In this document: positions 47,973 through 56,738 of the stretch, piece by piece | Layout: every line of letters starts with the position of its first letter | Position numbering within the stretch: position 1 is the stretch's first letter | Origin: a bacterium | Lineage (GTDB): Bacteria; SAR324; XYD2-FULL-50-16; G965216635 | NCBI GenBank assembly: GCA_965216635.1 | Contig: OZ244188.1 | Location: forward strand, 1,216,001 to 1,280,000 | Length of the DNA stretch: 64,000 nt | Direction of reading: 5' to 3' | Made by a program: the position numbers and the translations under genes | Notes under the pieces: model-generated | What the model was told of the DNA's origin: nothing | The model's input: only the letters and a program-made list of their open reading frames with translations | Database searches by the model: none

Positions 47973-48003
47973 TTTGCTTGTTTTTGGTTGTTTTTGGTTT
48001 ATT

Positions 48004-48014
48004 GGGGGGGGGGG
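48004..48014. repeat. G11 homopolymer
   Basis: The only long G/C run I noticed in this AT-rich window. Confidence 0.9.
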
Positions 48015-48152
48015 ATTTTTTCTAAAATGCTATAAAATCCCCGAACAAACTTAATATAGGCAAAGTGAGAACTATTCTTATTCAAAAAGCAACCTCTACT
48101 TTAAAAAATAATTTTAAAACTTATTGATTTTTAAAGGAGAATTTTTGTATTA

Positions 48153-48205
48153 TAAACCTTTGAATTCGTGTTATGTGCTCTAAATAAGGCAAATTCAAAA
48201 GTCTA
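48153..48205. repeat. Mosaic repeat copy (both TIRs, 53 bp)
   Basis: TAAACCTTTGAATTCGTGTTATGTGCTCTAAATAAGGCAAATTCAAAAGTCTA. Confidence 0.8.
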
Positions 48206-48249
48206 TATAATATTTAATTCAAAAATCTATTCACTTCTTAAAATAATAA

Positions 48250-49065
48250 ATGATAAACGATTCCTTACTACCTCATTTCCCGAAAAACTTAGGAGATATC
48301 TTTGCAAAAAGTTGGATTACCTACAAAGCTCTCTGGTTTGTTTTTTTTGGTTTTATATTTGTATTTCATGCTCCAGCTGCTTTACTATTTTTAATCTTTA
48401 AAAAACCAGAAAATTTGCCATTTATTATCCATTTCACAGATTTTTCTCGCTTTTATATTTCAAAAATGGGTGATGCTTTCGCTTGTTTTTTGTTACCTTT
48501 GTTTTTAAAAAATCAGCTTCCCAGTTTTCACCAGCTCCTAAAAACTTTTTTCAGTAAATACTTCGCAAAACTTTCTTTAGTTGTGCTATTACTTTATTTT
48601 TTGAAAACACAGTTTTTAATTTCTGGAGCTTCTTCTACTTTAACTATATTTCTTTTAGGGATAGGGTTGACTTGTGCCTATTTTTTTCTTTTTGTGACTT
48701 TTTTTGTTGTTATAGATACAGGGAATAATTTTTTTGAGTATTTTAAAGCAAGTTTTCTACTATGCCAGCTGCATGTTAAAAAAATTCTATTTTATTTTCT
48801 TACTGCTTTTATTTTTGTGAAAGCTATTGGTTTTTTCCTATTGATGATATTTGTTTCTCAAACTACAAATCTCTTAGTTCCAAATTCCGATGATATTGAA
48901 AAACTGCTAGATAATCTACTCAAAGTTATGCTCTCTACAGAGTTTTATCTAGTAAATAGTTTCTTGCATATTTTGCTACAACCTTTTCTTTCTATCTTTT
49001 TGTGTATATTGTTTTATAGTTTGCTAGCTCGCAATACAGCAGACTACTCAAAAGCTTTGCATTAG
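48250..49065 (+). CDS. Multi-pass membrane protein of unknown function
   Basis: 271 aa with about 6 hydrophobic segments. Confidence 0.75.
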   Translation: MINDSLLPHFPKNLGDIFAKSWITYKALWFVFFGFIFVFHAPAALLFLIFKKPENLPFIIHFTDFSRFYISKMGDAFACFLLPLFLKNQLPSFHQLLKTFFSKYFAKLSLVVLLLYFLKTQFLISGASSTLTIFLLGIGLTCAYFFLFVTFFVVIDTGNNFFEYFKASFLLCQLHVKKILFYFLTAFIFVKAIGFFLLMIFVSQTTNLLVPNSDDIEKLLDNLLKVMLSTEFYLVNSFLHILLQPFLSIFLCILFYSLLARNTADYSKALH

Positions 49066-49080
49066 CGTTCTGTTTAATCT

Positions 49081-50001
49081 ATGCAAAGCTCTTGCATTGG
49101 TAGACAAATCTCCTTATCTAAAAATTTAGTGAAAGAAACAACAACAGATACAGACTCTTTAATTCAAGAATTACGCGAAGAATTAACAGAGCTTTCTTAT
49201 AAAGTTCAAGAGTTAGAAAGTACTAAGGTAAGTAAAGAAATTCTTTATCAAGAATTAGAGCATAATCACTCTATTATCAATGATCTTCGTAGTCAGTATG
49301 AAAAACAAAATGTAGAATACAAAGAAAATATTTCTATTGCCTCTAAAATGGTTCAAAAAATACAGGAACCTATCTCTCAAGTTTCTCAAAATCTACAAAA
49401 CTTAAAAGAGCAAACCCAAGAAAAGCAAATTCAAGAGTCTCTTAACAGTTGTTTGGATACTTTAGAAAAGTTGATGAACCAATGTAACGAATCTAGTGCT
49501 TATTTTAGTTCTCTACTTGACGATAAGCAGTATCCCTTACAAGATTGTTTTGCGCTGGATATTTTTAAAAATTGTTTTAATCACCCATTATATCCTTTGT
49601 GCGAATTTCAAATAGAAGAAAAAATAAAGCAAAAAATCATTTTACGACTCACCCTACTTCAAAACATTTCACAAAAATTTTTTTCTTTTCTACAAAAAAC
49701 AGCTCAACCACAATCTGCTATTTGTATTTCCATCAAAGAAATCACTCCAGAATCTTCTCTTAACAACCTTTTAAATTTAAACATTAAAATACATTTTTGT
49801 ACAAAAAAAGATTTTTTTTGGCTAAACAACTGGCAGGATTCTCTTAGTATTGGAGAAGATAACGAGGACAAACTTCCCCTGGAATGGTGTCTTTGGAAAA
49901 AAGAGTTAATGTCTAATAAAGGAGATTTTTTTATAGAAGAAAAAAACCAAAAAATAAATGGGATTAGTATTATGGTTCCTTTTACCTACTCTAATACCTA
50001 A
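49081..50001 (+). CDS. Coiled-coil protein with degenerate histidine-kinase-like C-terminus
   Basis: N-terminal coiled coil; ASKMVQKIQEPISQV resembles an H-box without His; ends GDFFIE...ISIMVPF. Confidence 0.55.
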   Translation: MQSSCIGRQISLSKNLVKETTTDTDSLIQELREELTELSYKVQELESTKVSKEILYQELEHNHSIINDLRSQYEKQNVEYKENISIASKMVQKIQEPISQVSQNLQNLKEQTQEKQIQESLNSCLDTLEKLMNQCNESSAYFSSLLDDKQYPLQDCFALDIFKNCFNHPLYPLCEFQIEEKIKQKIILRLTLLQNISQKFFSFLQKTAQPQSAICISIKEITPESSLNNLLNLNIKIHFCTKKDFFWLNNWQDSLSIGEDNEDKLPLEWCLWKKELMSNKGDFFIEEKNQKINGISIMVPFTYSNT

Positions 50002-50146
50002 TTCAAAGGTATCCTGATTTTTCTCTCCTGAATATTTTCTGTAAATATCTATTTTCTCTTAAAATATCCCCAATGATTGGCAAGAATATTGCTCTATCAT
50101 AAAGATATTATTAAACACAACTATATAAAAAAAAAATTAGACACAA

Positions 50147-51607
50147 GTGAAAAAAAACATTCCACTATTTTACAGCATCCTAATTAGTTTAATTGTTCTG
50201 ATTGGTGGTAGTTTTGCCAATTACCAAATATTGCAAGAAAAAAAATTAGCTATAAAAGAAGAAGTTCAAACTAGAACTAAAAGTATTTTTTATGCATTGG
50301 AAGACTCCATCAAAAACGAAGATCTACAAGCAATAGATTCTAAAATGAAGAGCTTGAAAAATGAAACTAGACAGAGTAAAGATCTGTTGCGAGTATCTGT
50401 TATTCTCTTACCTCAATTCTACTACTATAGCTCCACGCAAACGAAGCTGGTAGGAACGAATGTTCCAAACAACCTTAAAAAACTTTTTCAAAACAGCCAA
50501 AACTCCAATACCACTCAAAGAATATCCAACGAAGACGGTTCAGAGGTAACCTTTCAATCTGTAATCAATACAAAATCTGTATTGAATAATCAAACATGGG
50601 TTATAAATACAGTTTTTAGTGTAGCTCCTTTTGATAAAAAGCTAGCCGACTTGCAATTTATGCTCATTTTAATACAGATAGTAATTTTAGCAACCACCTT
50701 TTCTGCTGTTTATGTCTTGTGTTCCATCTTGTCTCGTAATCTACATTTATTAAGTTATGCACTAGGCAATATTTTGAACAATAAATCGGAAATCAAACTA
50801 GCAAATTCTTTTGTAGAAATCAGCAAAGTTCGTGAAAAATTAGAAAGAATTACCCGAATTTTTACGCAACAAAAAACAACTATCCAAAAACTAGAAGCAG
50901 AAATCCAAAATCCACTGAAACAAGGATCAATAGAAAGTAATACTTTAGAAAAACAAAATTATCTTTGTATTTTGATGCGAATAGATTACCTCGCCTTTAA
51001 AAATACAGATACAGTTTTGAATTTAAAAGATTTTTTATTAGACATTTTTTATTTGATTGTCAAACACACTCAAGAAGTGAGAGTTAAAATCCTACAGTTT
51101 AGCAATCAGTTTTTATTGGTTCTAGATTCTGAAAGCTCTTTTAGTAAGGCGCTTCAAGCTATCAAAACAATCCAAAAAAAGATTCAAACAAGCTCATCAA
51201 CCTACAAAAAATTTGGCGTTGCCGACTGCAATATCTACTTAGCAGCACACTATGGATCTGTAAAAATATCTAGTTTTGGAGAACAAAATACACAATATGA
51301 ACTAACCTATGGGGATGCTATCAACATTTTAAATTCTATTTTGGCTAAAACGCAAAGTGGAGAAATTTTGATTACAGAATCCGTATTTTCAGAGTTAGAG
51401 GGGGAAAAAAAGAAAGAATTTTTAGATATTAATCTTGATGTTTCTTTTCTAGGAAAAATGTACAAACTCTTGTTATGGGGTAAAAGAAAACCTAATACAG
51501 ATATTGTAAAAACTGAAAAATACGCTGAAAGAGAAAAAGAAGCCATAAAAGAAACTAAAAAAGACCTTTCCATAGGCAATATGTTAGAAGAAACACTTAC
51601 AAGATAA
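50147..51607 (+). CDS. Membrane sensor with degenerate class III nucleotidyl-cyclase domain
   Basis: TM-periplasmic-TM-linker layout; IYLAAHYGSV...YGDAINILNSIL...GEILITESVF. Confidence 0.6.
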   Translation: MKKNIPLFYSILISLIVLIGGSFANYQILQEKKLAIKEEVQTRTKSIFYALEDSIKNEDLQAIDSKMKSLKNETRQSKDLLRVSVILLPQFYYYSSTQTKLVGTNVPNNLKKLFQNSQNSNTTQRISNEDGSEVTFQSVINTKSVLNNQTWVINTVFSVAPFDKKLADLQFMLILIQIVILATTFSAVYVLCSILSRNLHLLSYALGNILNNKSEIKLANSFVEISKVREKLERITRIFTQQKTTIQKLEAEIQNPLKQGSIESNTLEKQNYLCILMRIDYLAFKNTDTVLNLKDFLLDIFYLIVKHTQEVRVKILQFSNQFLLVLDSESSFSKALQAIKTIQKKIQTSSSTYKKFGVADCNIYLAAHYGSVKISSFGEQNTQYELTYGDAINILNSILAKTQSGEILITESVFSELEGEKKKEFLDINLDVSFLGKMYKLLLWGKRKPNTDIVKTEKYAEREKEAIKETKKDLSIGNMLEETLTR

Positions 51608-51635
51608 ATTAAGACCTTTCTTAACAATCTTTCTT

Positions 51636-51789
51636 GGCTTTGAATTTCACTGATGCTTACCTCACTATTGGGGCTAGCCAAATGGTTAGAAAAGTGCGAA
51701 AAAAAAATTTCCGCCTTGCCTAGCCGTCACAGCTGGTTTTGTCCTATTTGCCAAATTCAAAGGTCTATAATGCCTAATTCAAAGGTCTC
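51636..51789. mobile_element. MITE-like mosaic repeat copy with doubled right TIR
   Basis: CTTTGAATTTCACTGATGCTTACC...GGCTAGCCAAATGGTTAGAA...GCCTAGCCGTCACAGCT...AAATTCAAAGGTCTA-TAATGCCT-AATTCAAAGGTCTC. Confidence 0.8.
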
Positions 51790-51931
51790 ACCCTGCGTTG
51801 ATACCTAATTTCAAAACCCTCCAATCTGATTCTAAAAAAACCTTTCATTTTTTGCTATTTTTTATTTTTGCATACTACATCATATTATGGTAAAAGAAGT
51901 AGAATATTAATAACAAACCTATCCTATAAAA

Positions 51932-52807
51932 ATGAGTATATTAGTTAATCAAAATACAAAAATTATAGTGCAAGGCCTAACAGGCTCTCAAGGCACACTA
52001 CACGCTAAACTTTGTCGGGAATACTTTAATACCAAAATTGTTGGAGGAGTTACACCGGGCAAAGGCGGACAAGTCCACGAAAGTTTTCCTATTTTTGATT
52101 CTGTCCAAGAAGCAAAAAAAAAAACTTACGCAGACTGTTCTTTAATTTTTGTGCCTGCTGGGTTCACAGCGGATGCTATTTTAGAAGCAATAGAAGCACA
52201 AATATCCTTAATAGTAGTAATTACCGAGGGCATTCCCATTTTAGATATGGTAACAGTCAATCAAGCATTAAAGCAGAGTAAGAGTAGAATGATAGGTCCC
52301 AATTGTCCTGGTGTCATTACTCCAGAAGAATGTAAAATAGGCATCATGCCGGGAGATATACATAAAAAAGGATCTGTGGGAGTGGTATCTCGCTCTGGTA
52401 CCCTTACATACGAAGCTGTCCATCAACTCACATGTTTAAACATAGGACAATCTACCTGTGTAGGTATAGGAGGAGATCCTATTCAAGGCACTAGTTTTAA
52501 AGATACTCTGGCTCTTTTTGAAGAAGATGGGGACACAACAGGTATTGTAATGATAGGAGAAATTGGAGGAAGTGCAGAAGAAGAAGCAGCAGAATTTGCT
52601 CAAAGCAATCTTTCCAAACCTATAGTTGCCTTTATTGCGGGGCAGAGTGCACCTGCTGGTAAAAGAATGGGGCACGCTGGAGCTATTATTTCTGGAGGTA
52701 AAGGCACAGCTGAAGAAAAAAAAAAAACTCTCCAAAGATGTGGCATAGCCACGGCAGATACTCCCGCAGATATCGGGAGTTTAGCTAAACAGATTTTTAA
52801 ACTCTAG
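51932..52807 (+). CDS. sucD: Succinyl-CoA synthetase alpha subunit
   Basis: [33 protein letters not shown]. Confidence 0.97.
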   Translation: MSILVNQNTKIIVQGLTGSQGTLHAKLCREYFNTKIVGGVTPGKGGQVHESFPIFDSVQEAKKKTYADCSLIFVPAGFTADAILEAIEAQISLIVVITEGIPILDMVTVNQALKQSKSRMIGPNCPGVITPEECKIGIMPGDIHKKGSVGVVSRSGTLTYEAVHQLTCLNIGQSTCVGIGGDPIQGTSFKDTLALFEEDGDTTGIVMIGEIGGSAEEEAAEFAQSNLSKPIVAFIAGQSAPAGKRMGHAGAIISGGKGTAEEKKKTLQRCGIATADTPADIGSLAKQIFKL

Positions 52808-52840
52808 GCTCTTAAAATTTCAGAACAGCTAAATCATAAA

Positions 52841-53362
52841 GTGAAATTTGAAGCAATCGCTGCTATGTCTCAAAACAGAGTCATTGGAAAGGACGGCAAA
52901 ATTCCTTGGCACATCCCAGAGGATTTTAAGCTTTTCAAAGAAATCACTCTCGGGCATAGAGTGATTATGGGCAGAAAAACTTTTGAATCCTTAAACAAAA
53001 AATCGCTAGCTTTCCGAGAAAATATTGTAATCTCACGCCAAAAAAACCCTGCTAATTGGGAAGAACAATCTGGCTTTTCTTTTTATCAAAATATCACTAG
53101 TTTAATACAGAATTTAGAACAACAGATCCTAAAATCGGCAAGTTTAGGTGAAAAGAAAAAAAAAAATTTTATTATAGGGGGGCAGGAAATATTTCAAGTC
53201 TTTTTACCTATAATTCAAACAATTCATCTCTCTGTCGTGCAAAAGAAATTTGATGGAGATACCTACCTACCTGTTTTTGAAGAAGATTTTAAACTTGTAG
53301 AAAACAAGCCCCAAAAAGCCAATATTCCGTTTTTATTCCAAATCTGGGAGAGAAAAAATTAG
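52841..53362 (+). CDS. folA: Dihydrofolate reductase
   Basis: IGKDGKIPW, IMGRKTFES, IIGG, GDTY. Confidence 0.95.
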   Translation: MKFEAIAAMSQNRVIGKDGKIPWHIPEDFKLFKEITLGHRVIMGRKTFESLNKKSLAFRENIVISRQKNPANWEEQSGFSFYQNITSLIQNLEQQILKSASLGEKKKKNFIIGGQEIFQVFLPIIQTIHLSVVQKKFDGDTYLPVFEEDFKLVENKPQKANIPFLFQIWERKN

Positions 53363-53378
53363 AATAACTACTTAAGTA

Positions 53379-54032
53379 TTAAAAGAGAGCTCGCGGCGGA
53401 GACAAAACACGAGCCCCCGCGAGTTTTTCTATCTCTAAAGAATCGGGATCTTCCCAATTCACTACCAACTTCACCAGATTACGAGACTTGGTTTCATAAT
53501 AAATGAACTTGTTTTTTCTTCCGTATAAATAAAGATCTCTCGTTACTCGCACATCTTGAGTGCAATAGTCTGCAATTTGCTGTAACTTCTTTTCATCTCT
53601 TGTTTGTGTGTATTCTTTATACCACTTCAGAGCATCCAATCCATCTGCTGATTTACTAGTTTGCAAGGTCGCCCTAGCTACACCGTCTAATCGTAAGCGA
53701 AACCCAAGTTCTCTTTTAATACGGAGTAGGATATCTAAATTTTTTTGTTTCAACAAACAGCTTAATATCTCTTTACTTTCTTCAGGAGACTTCCCATAAC
53801 CGCTTAAAACTTTATAGTCAAAATAGGCATGATTAAAGCCTACTACAGTAAACCCGCAGGTAAGATGCTTAAAAAGATCCTCAAACTGATTTTCGTAGTA
53901 GGTAAAAAAACTGTTTTTTTCAGAATCCCAAACAACAGCGACAGAATAAAGCATATTTTGTATATTCCCCCACCCCCCTACTTCATCGGCAGATCTTTGA
54001 GTCTCTAAATCAAAAACTAAAAAAGGATTCAC
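53379..54032 (-). CDS. RNase H-like (DEDD exonuclease-fold) domain protein
   Basis: VFDLETQ, GFNHAYFD, YCTQDV. Confidence 0.85.
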   Translation of the reverse strand: MNPFLVFDLETQRSADEVGGWGNIQNMLYSVAVVWDSEKNSFFTYYENQFEDLFKHLTCGFTVVGFNHAYFDYKVLSGYGKSPEESKEILSCLLKQKNLDILLRIKRELGFRLRLDGVARATLQTSKSADGLDALKWYKEYTQTRDEKKLQQIADYCTQDVRVTRDLYLYGRKNKFIYYETKSRNLVKLVVNWEDPDSLEIEKLAGARVLSPPRALF

Positions 54033-54286
54033 TAAATTCCAGCCCTTCTACTAAAACCTGTTTTCTGAATATTAGAACCTCCGAATTGACTTCCTACCAC
54101 TGTGCTTTCTCTTGAATCTTTGGTTTTCAAACAAAAAACATTCCCAGCATAGTCATCGTTGTATATTCTGATAGGTTCTGAATAGGTTGCTACCACAGGA
54201 ACTCCATTTTTACCGATACTCTCGTATCTTTGCACATCTCTAGGGTCATAATCACCGCGGATTGTGCGGTGGGCTAATGGTTTCAT
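54032..54286 (-). CDS. Hypothetical protein
   Basis: 84-aa ORF whose stop abuts the start of the downstream gene. Confidence 0.6.
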   Translation of the reverse strand: MKPLAHRTIRGDYDPRDVQRYESIGKNGVPVVATYSEPIRIYNDDYAGNVFCLKTKDSRESTVVGSQFGGSNIQKTGFSRRAGI

Positions 54287-54376
54287 AGTTATAATTTTAA
54301 TGTTGAGTTTAAATTAAAAATTGTAGACCATTGCATAGTTTTCCTATAATCTAATTCAATAGTCTAGTATCAGGTT

Positions 54377-55348
54377 TCAGATAATTTTATACAAATCTTC
54401 TACCTGACTCTCTGCAAAGTTTAACTTATTTTGTAAAAAAAGCAATATTTTTTTAAATTCATTACTGTTTTTTGTTTTAAAACAGAAATTTAACTCCTTT
54501 TTTTCAAAATCTGAAGCATAATTGAGTTTAATTTGAGGAATCAATTTTAAGTTTAAAATTTTTTCTTTGCGTTGTTGTTGAATTTTATGAGCTATTGGAT
54601 TGCTAAGAGCAAAAAGCACTCTACACCAATTGTCGTATCTTTTTTGGGGAGAGTATTCTGGTAGTTGTGCGGGTGCTTCAATCAAATCCAACAATTCTAA
54701 AAAAGACACTTTTTTTACTCTTTTCAAAGCGACAAGAAAACCCAAAATTTGTTTCCACTCATTAGCATTAAAACGGACGGATGCGAATTTTTGTTGCAGC
54801 TTTTCTATTGCTTTATTATCTAAAACTCGGAAAACTTTATAAGTCTGAAGAGACCATTTTTCTGCAGGTAAAAATTTTTGCAAAATTTGTTTTCGCTCCC
54901 CCATTTCCAAAACTAGTTTGAAAAGATTGATATTAGAAAAGATAGGCTTAAAATCCAATCTATGCCACAACTCTATTTCAGAAATTTTCAAGAATTTTGC
55001 GAAAATTTTGATATTTTCAGCTAACTCAAAAAGATTGAGTTTTTGACATTTGTTAAAAAGTTTTGTTAGCCACAACTCTTCTAGAGAAAAAGAAGAAAAC
55101 ACTAAAAAAGGATAGTCATTCTCTTTTTCCAAAAACCGCCATCTTTGATAACCATCTAGCAAATAGTATTTTTCTTCAAATTCCAAACACTTCAAGGGCT
55201 CTAAAAAAAAATTTACTCCTTTTTTTTGGAAAACAGCTGTTTTTGGACTGACTTTGTCTGAGTTTGAGCTGGCTTTGTCTGGATTTGAAGAAAAAGCAAA
55301 AAAATCCCAGCAGAGAATTTTTTTGGGTTGCAGATGCAGTATTTTCAT
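54377..55348 (-). CDS. Hypothetical protein, possible ParB-like N-terminal domain
   Basis: YYLLDGYQRW resembles the ParB/Srx motif. Confidence 0.5.
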   Translation of the reverse strand: MKILHLQPKKILCWDFFAFSSNPDKASSNSDKVSPKTAVFQKKGVNFFLEPLKCLEFEEKYYLLDGYQRWRFLEKENDYPFLVFSSFSLEELWLTKLFNKCQKLNLFELAENIKIFAKFLKISEIELWHRLDFKPIFSNINLFKLVLEMGERKQILQKFLPAEKWSLQTYKVFRVLDNKAIEKLQQKFASVRFNANEWKQILGFLVALKRVKKVSFLELLDLIEAPAQLPEYSPQKRYDNWCRVLFALSNPIAHKIQQQRKEKILNLKLIPQIKLNYASDFEKKELNFCFKTKNSNEFKKILLFLQNKLNFAESQVEDLYKII

Positions 55349-55995
55349 TTTTTATTGCTAGAAAAAAAAACAAGCAAATTAAGCCTCAAAAACCAAAATA
55401 GTAAAGAAAACAGAAACTTACCAACAAAAACTCGGCTAGTTAGTTGGTATCTAAAACTTTCAAAAAAAGAAATATGAATATTTTTTCTATATTTCAAAGG
55501 TAAGCATAATTTTACACGATAAAAAACTCCAATATAGGGGGTTTGCTCAAAAGAAAGCAAAAGCTCCAGTTTTTGGATTTTAAAAGAAAATACAATTTTT
55601 TTGATTAAACCTAGAATATTATTTATAAAAGTTTTTTTAAGCTTTTTTTTATAGGAACGGAAAAATGCGGAGCCTTTTTTTTTGCCCTTAGAATTTACAG
55701 TAGAACTCACGGCAGGCAAAGCTACAGATTCGTTTTTTACAGATTTTTTTTTAAAAAATAGCTGGAAAATTTTTTCTAGAAATTTTTGGATGGTGGTGAT
55801 TTTTTTTTTTTTGAAAAAATTTGTCTCAAAAGAAAGATGTTTATGGCTTAATATTCCCTTAAAAAAAGACAGATTAAATATCAATAGCTTTATTTCTGTT
55901 TGCGAAAAATTTCCTTGCCACAGTATTTTGAGAGGTAGAAAAAAAAACACAAGAAATAAAAAAAATAGTAAAGCAAAAATAATTGGTAGTAGCAC
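55345..55995 (-). CDS. DUF2953/YtfI-like membrane-anchored protein
   Basis: N-terminal TM, basic composition, adjacent to the YtfJ-family gene. Confidence 0.55.
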   Translation of the reverse strand: MLLPIIFALLFFLFLVFFFLPLKILWQGNFSQTEIKLLIFNLSFFKGILSHKHLSFETNFFKKKKITTIQKFLEKIFQLFFKKKSVKNESVALPAVSSTVNSKGKKKGSAFFRSYKKKLKKTFINNILGLIKKIVFSFKIQKLELLLSFEQTPYIGVFYRVKLCLPLKYRKNIHISFFESFRYQLTSRVFVGKFLFSLLFWFLRLNLLVFFSSNKK

Positions 55996-56014
55996 AGTAA
56001 CTATTACGAAAGAG

Positions 56015-56377
56015 CTATTCTGATTTTTTCTTTTTTATAACCTTCTCCACGAAAGAATAGGTTCTTTCTAAAAAGTTAGGTATTTTTTCCAATAGATTTT
56101 CTATATTACCTGAAGTAATAGATTGAATGCTTACAATATCTTTTTGAATCACAATAAAAGCGATAGGCGTTAAAACCACACCACCTCCACCAGCAGAGTT
56201 ACTATGGTTTTTTGTGTCCCCAAAACCAAAACCAACTTTTACCGAATGTACAGGGATAATTGTTATTTCTTGCACCTTCATTGGCTCCCCGAAAATAGTT
56301 TCTGATTTTACAAAATCTTTCAGTTGTGGAATAAAATTATTGAGATATTCTCTTATTTTTGTAGCTTGATCTTCCAT
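56015..56377 (-). CDS. GerW/YtfJ family protein
   Basis: TIFGEP, IIPV.SVKVGFGFG, GGGG...PIAF. Confidence 0.88.
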   Translation of the reverse strand: MEDQATKIREYLNNFIPQLKDFVKSETIFGEPMKVQEITIIPVHSVKVGFGFGDTKNHSNSAGGGGVVLTPIAFIVIQKDIVSIQSITSGNIENLLEKIPNFLERTYSFVEKVIKKKKSE

Positions 56378-56437
56378 AAGTATAAATAGGTTTTAAGGTT
56401 TCAAATTCCCTCTAATTATAATTAAAAATAAAATTTT

Positions 56438-56719
56438 ATGCAAATCAACCTCAGCGGACTGCACATTATAGTAAAAGGTAGAGTGCAAGGAGTGTGTTTT
56501 CGGTATTATACCGCACAAAGAGCCTACCAATTAGGACTTACAGGCACTGTCAAAAATCTCTACGACGGTTCTGTAGAGATTTTTGCTTTTGGAGACTCTT
56601 TAAAATTGGAAACATTCAAGAAATGGTGTCATAAAGGACCCAGAGACGCCTTTGTTAAACAATTAGAATGCAAGACGGTCGCTTTTGAAGAAATAAAAGG
56701 TTTTGAAACTATTGGGTAA
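56438..56719 (+). CDS. acyP: Acylphosphatase
   Basis: VKGRVQGVCFR, GTVKN..DGSVE, KGP. Confidence 0.95.
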   Translation: MQINLSGLHIIVKGRVQGVCFRYYTAQRAYQLGLTGTVKNLYDGSVEIFAFGDSLKLETFKKWCHKGPRDAFVKQLECKTVAFEEIKGFETIG

Positions 56720-56738
56720 ATCACCCTGAGAGCGTTTT

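Noticed and set aside
56015..56377. Sporulation capacity implied by the GerW/YtfJ gene
   Set aside because: The family also occurs in non-sporulating prokaryotes, and no other sporulation genes are present.
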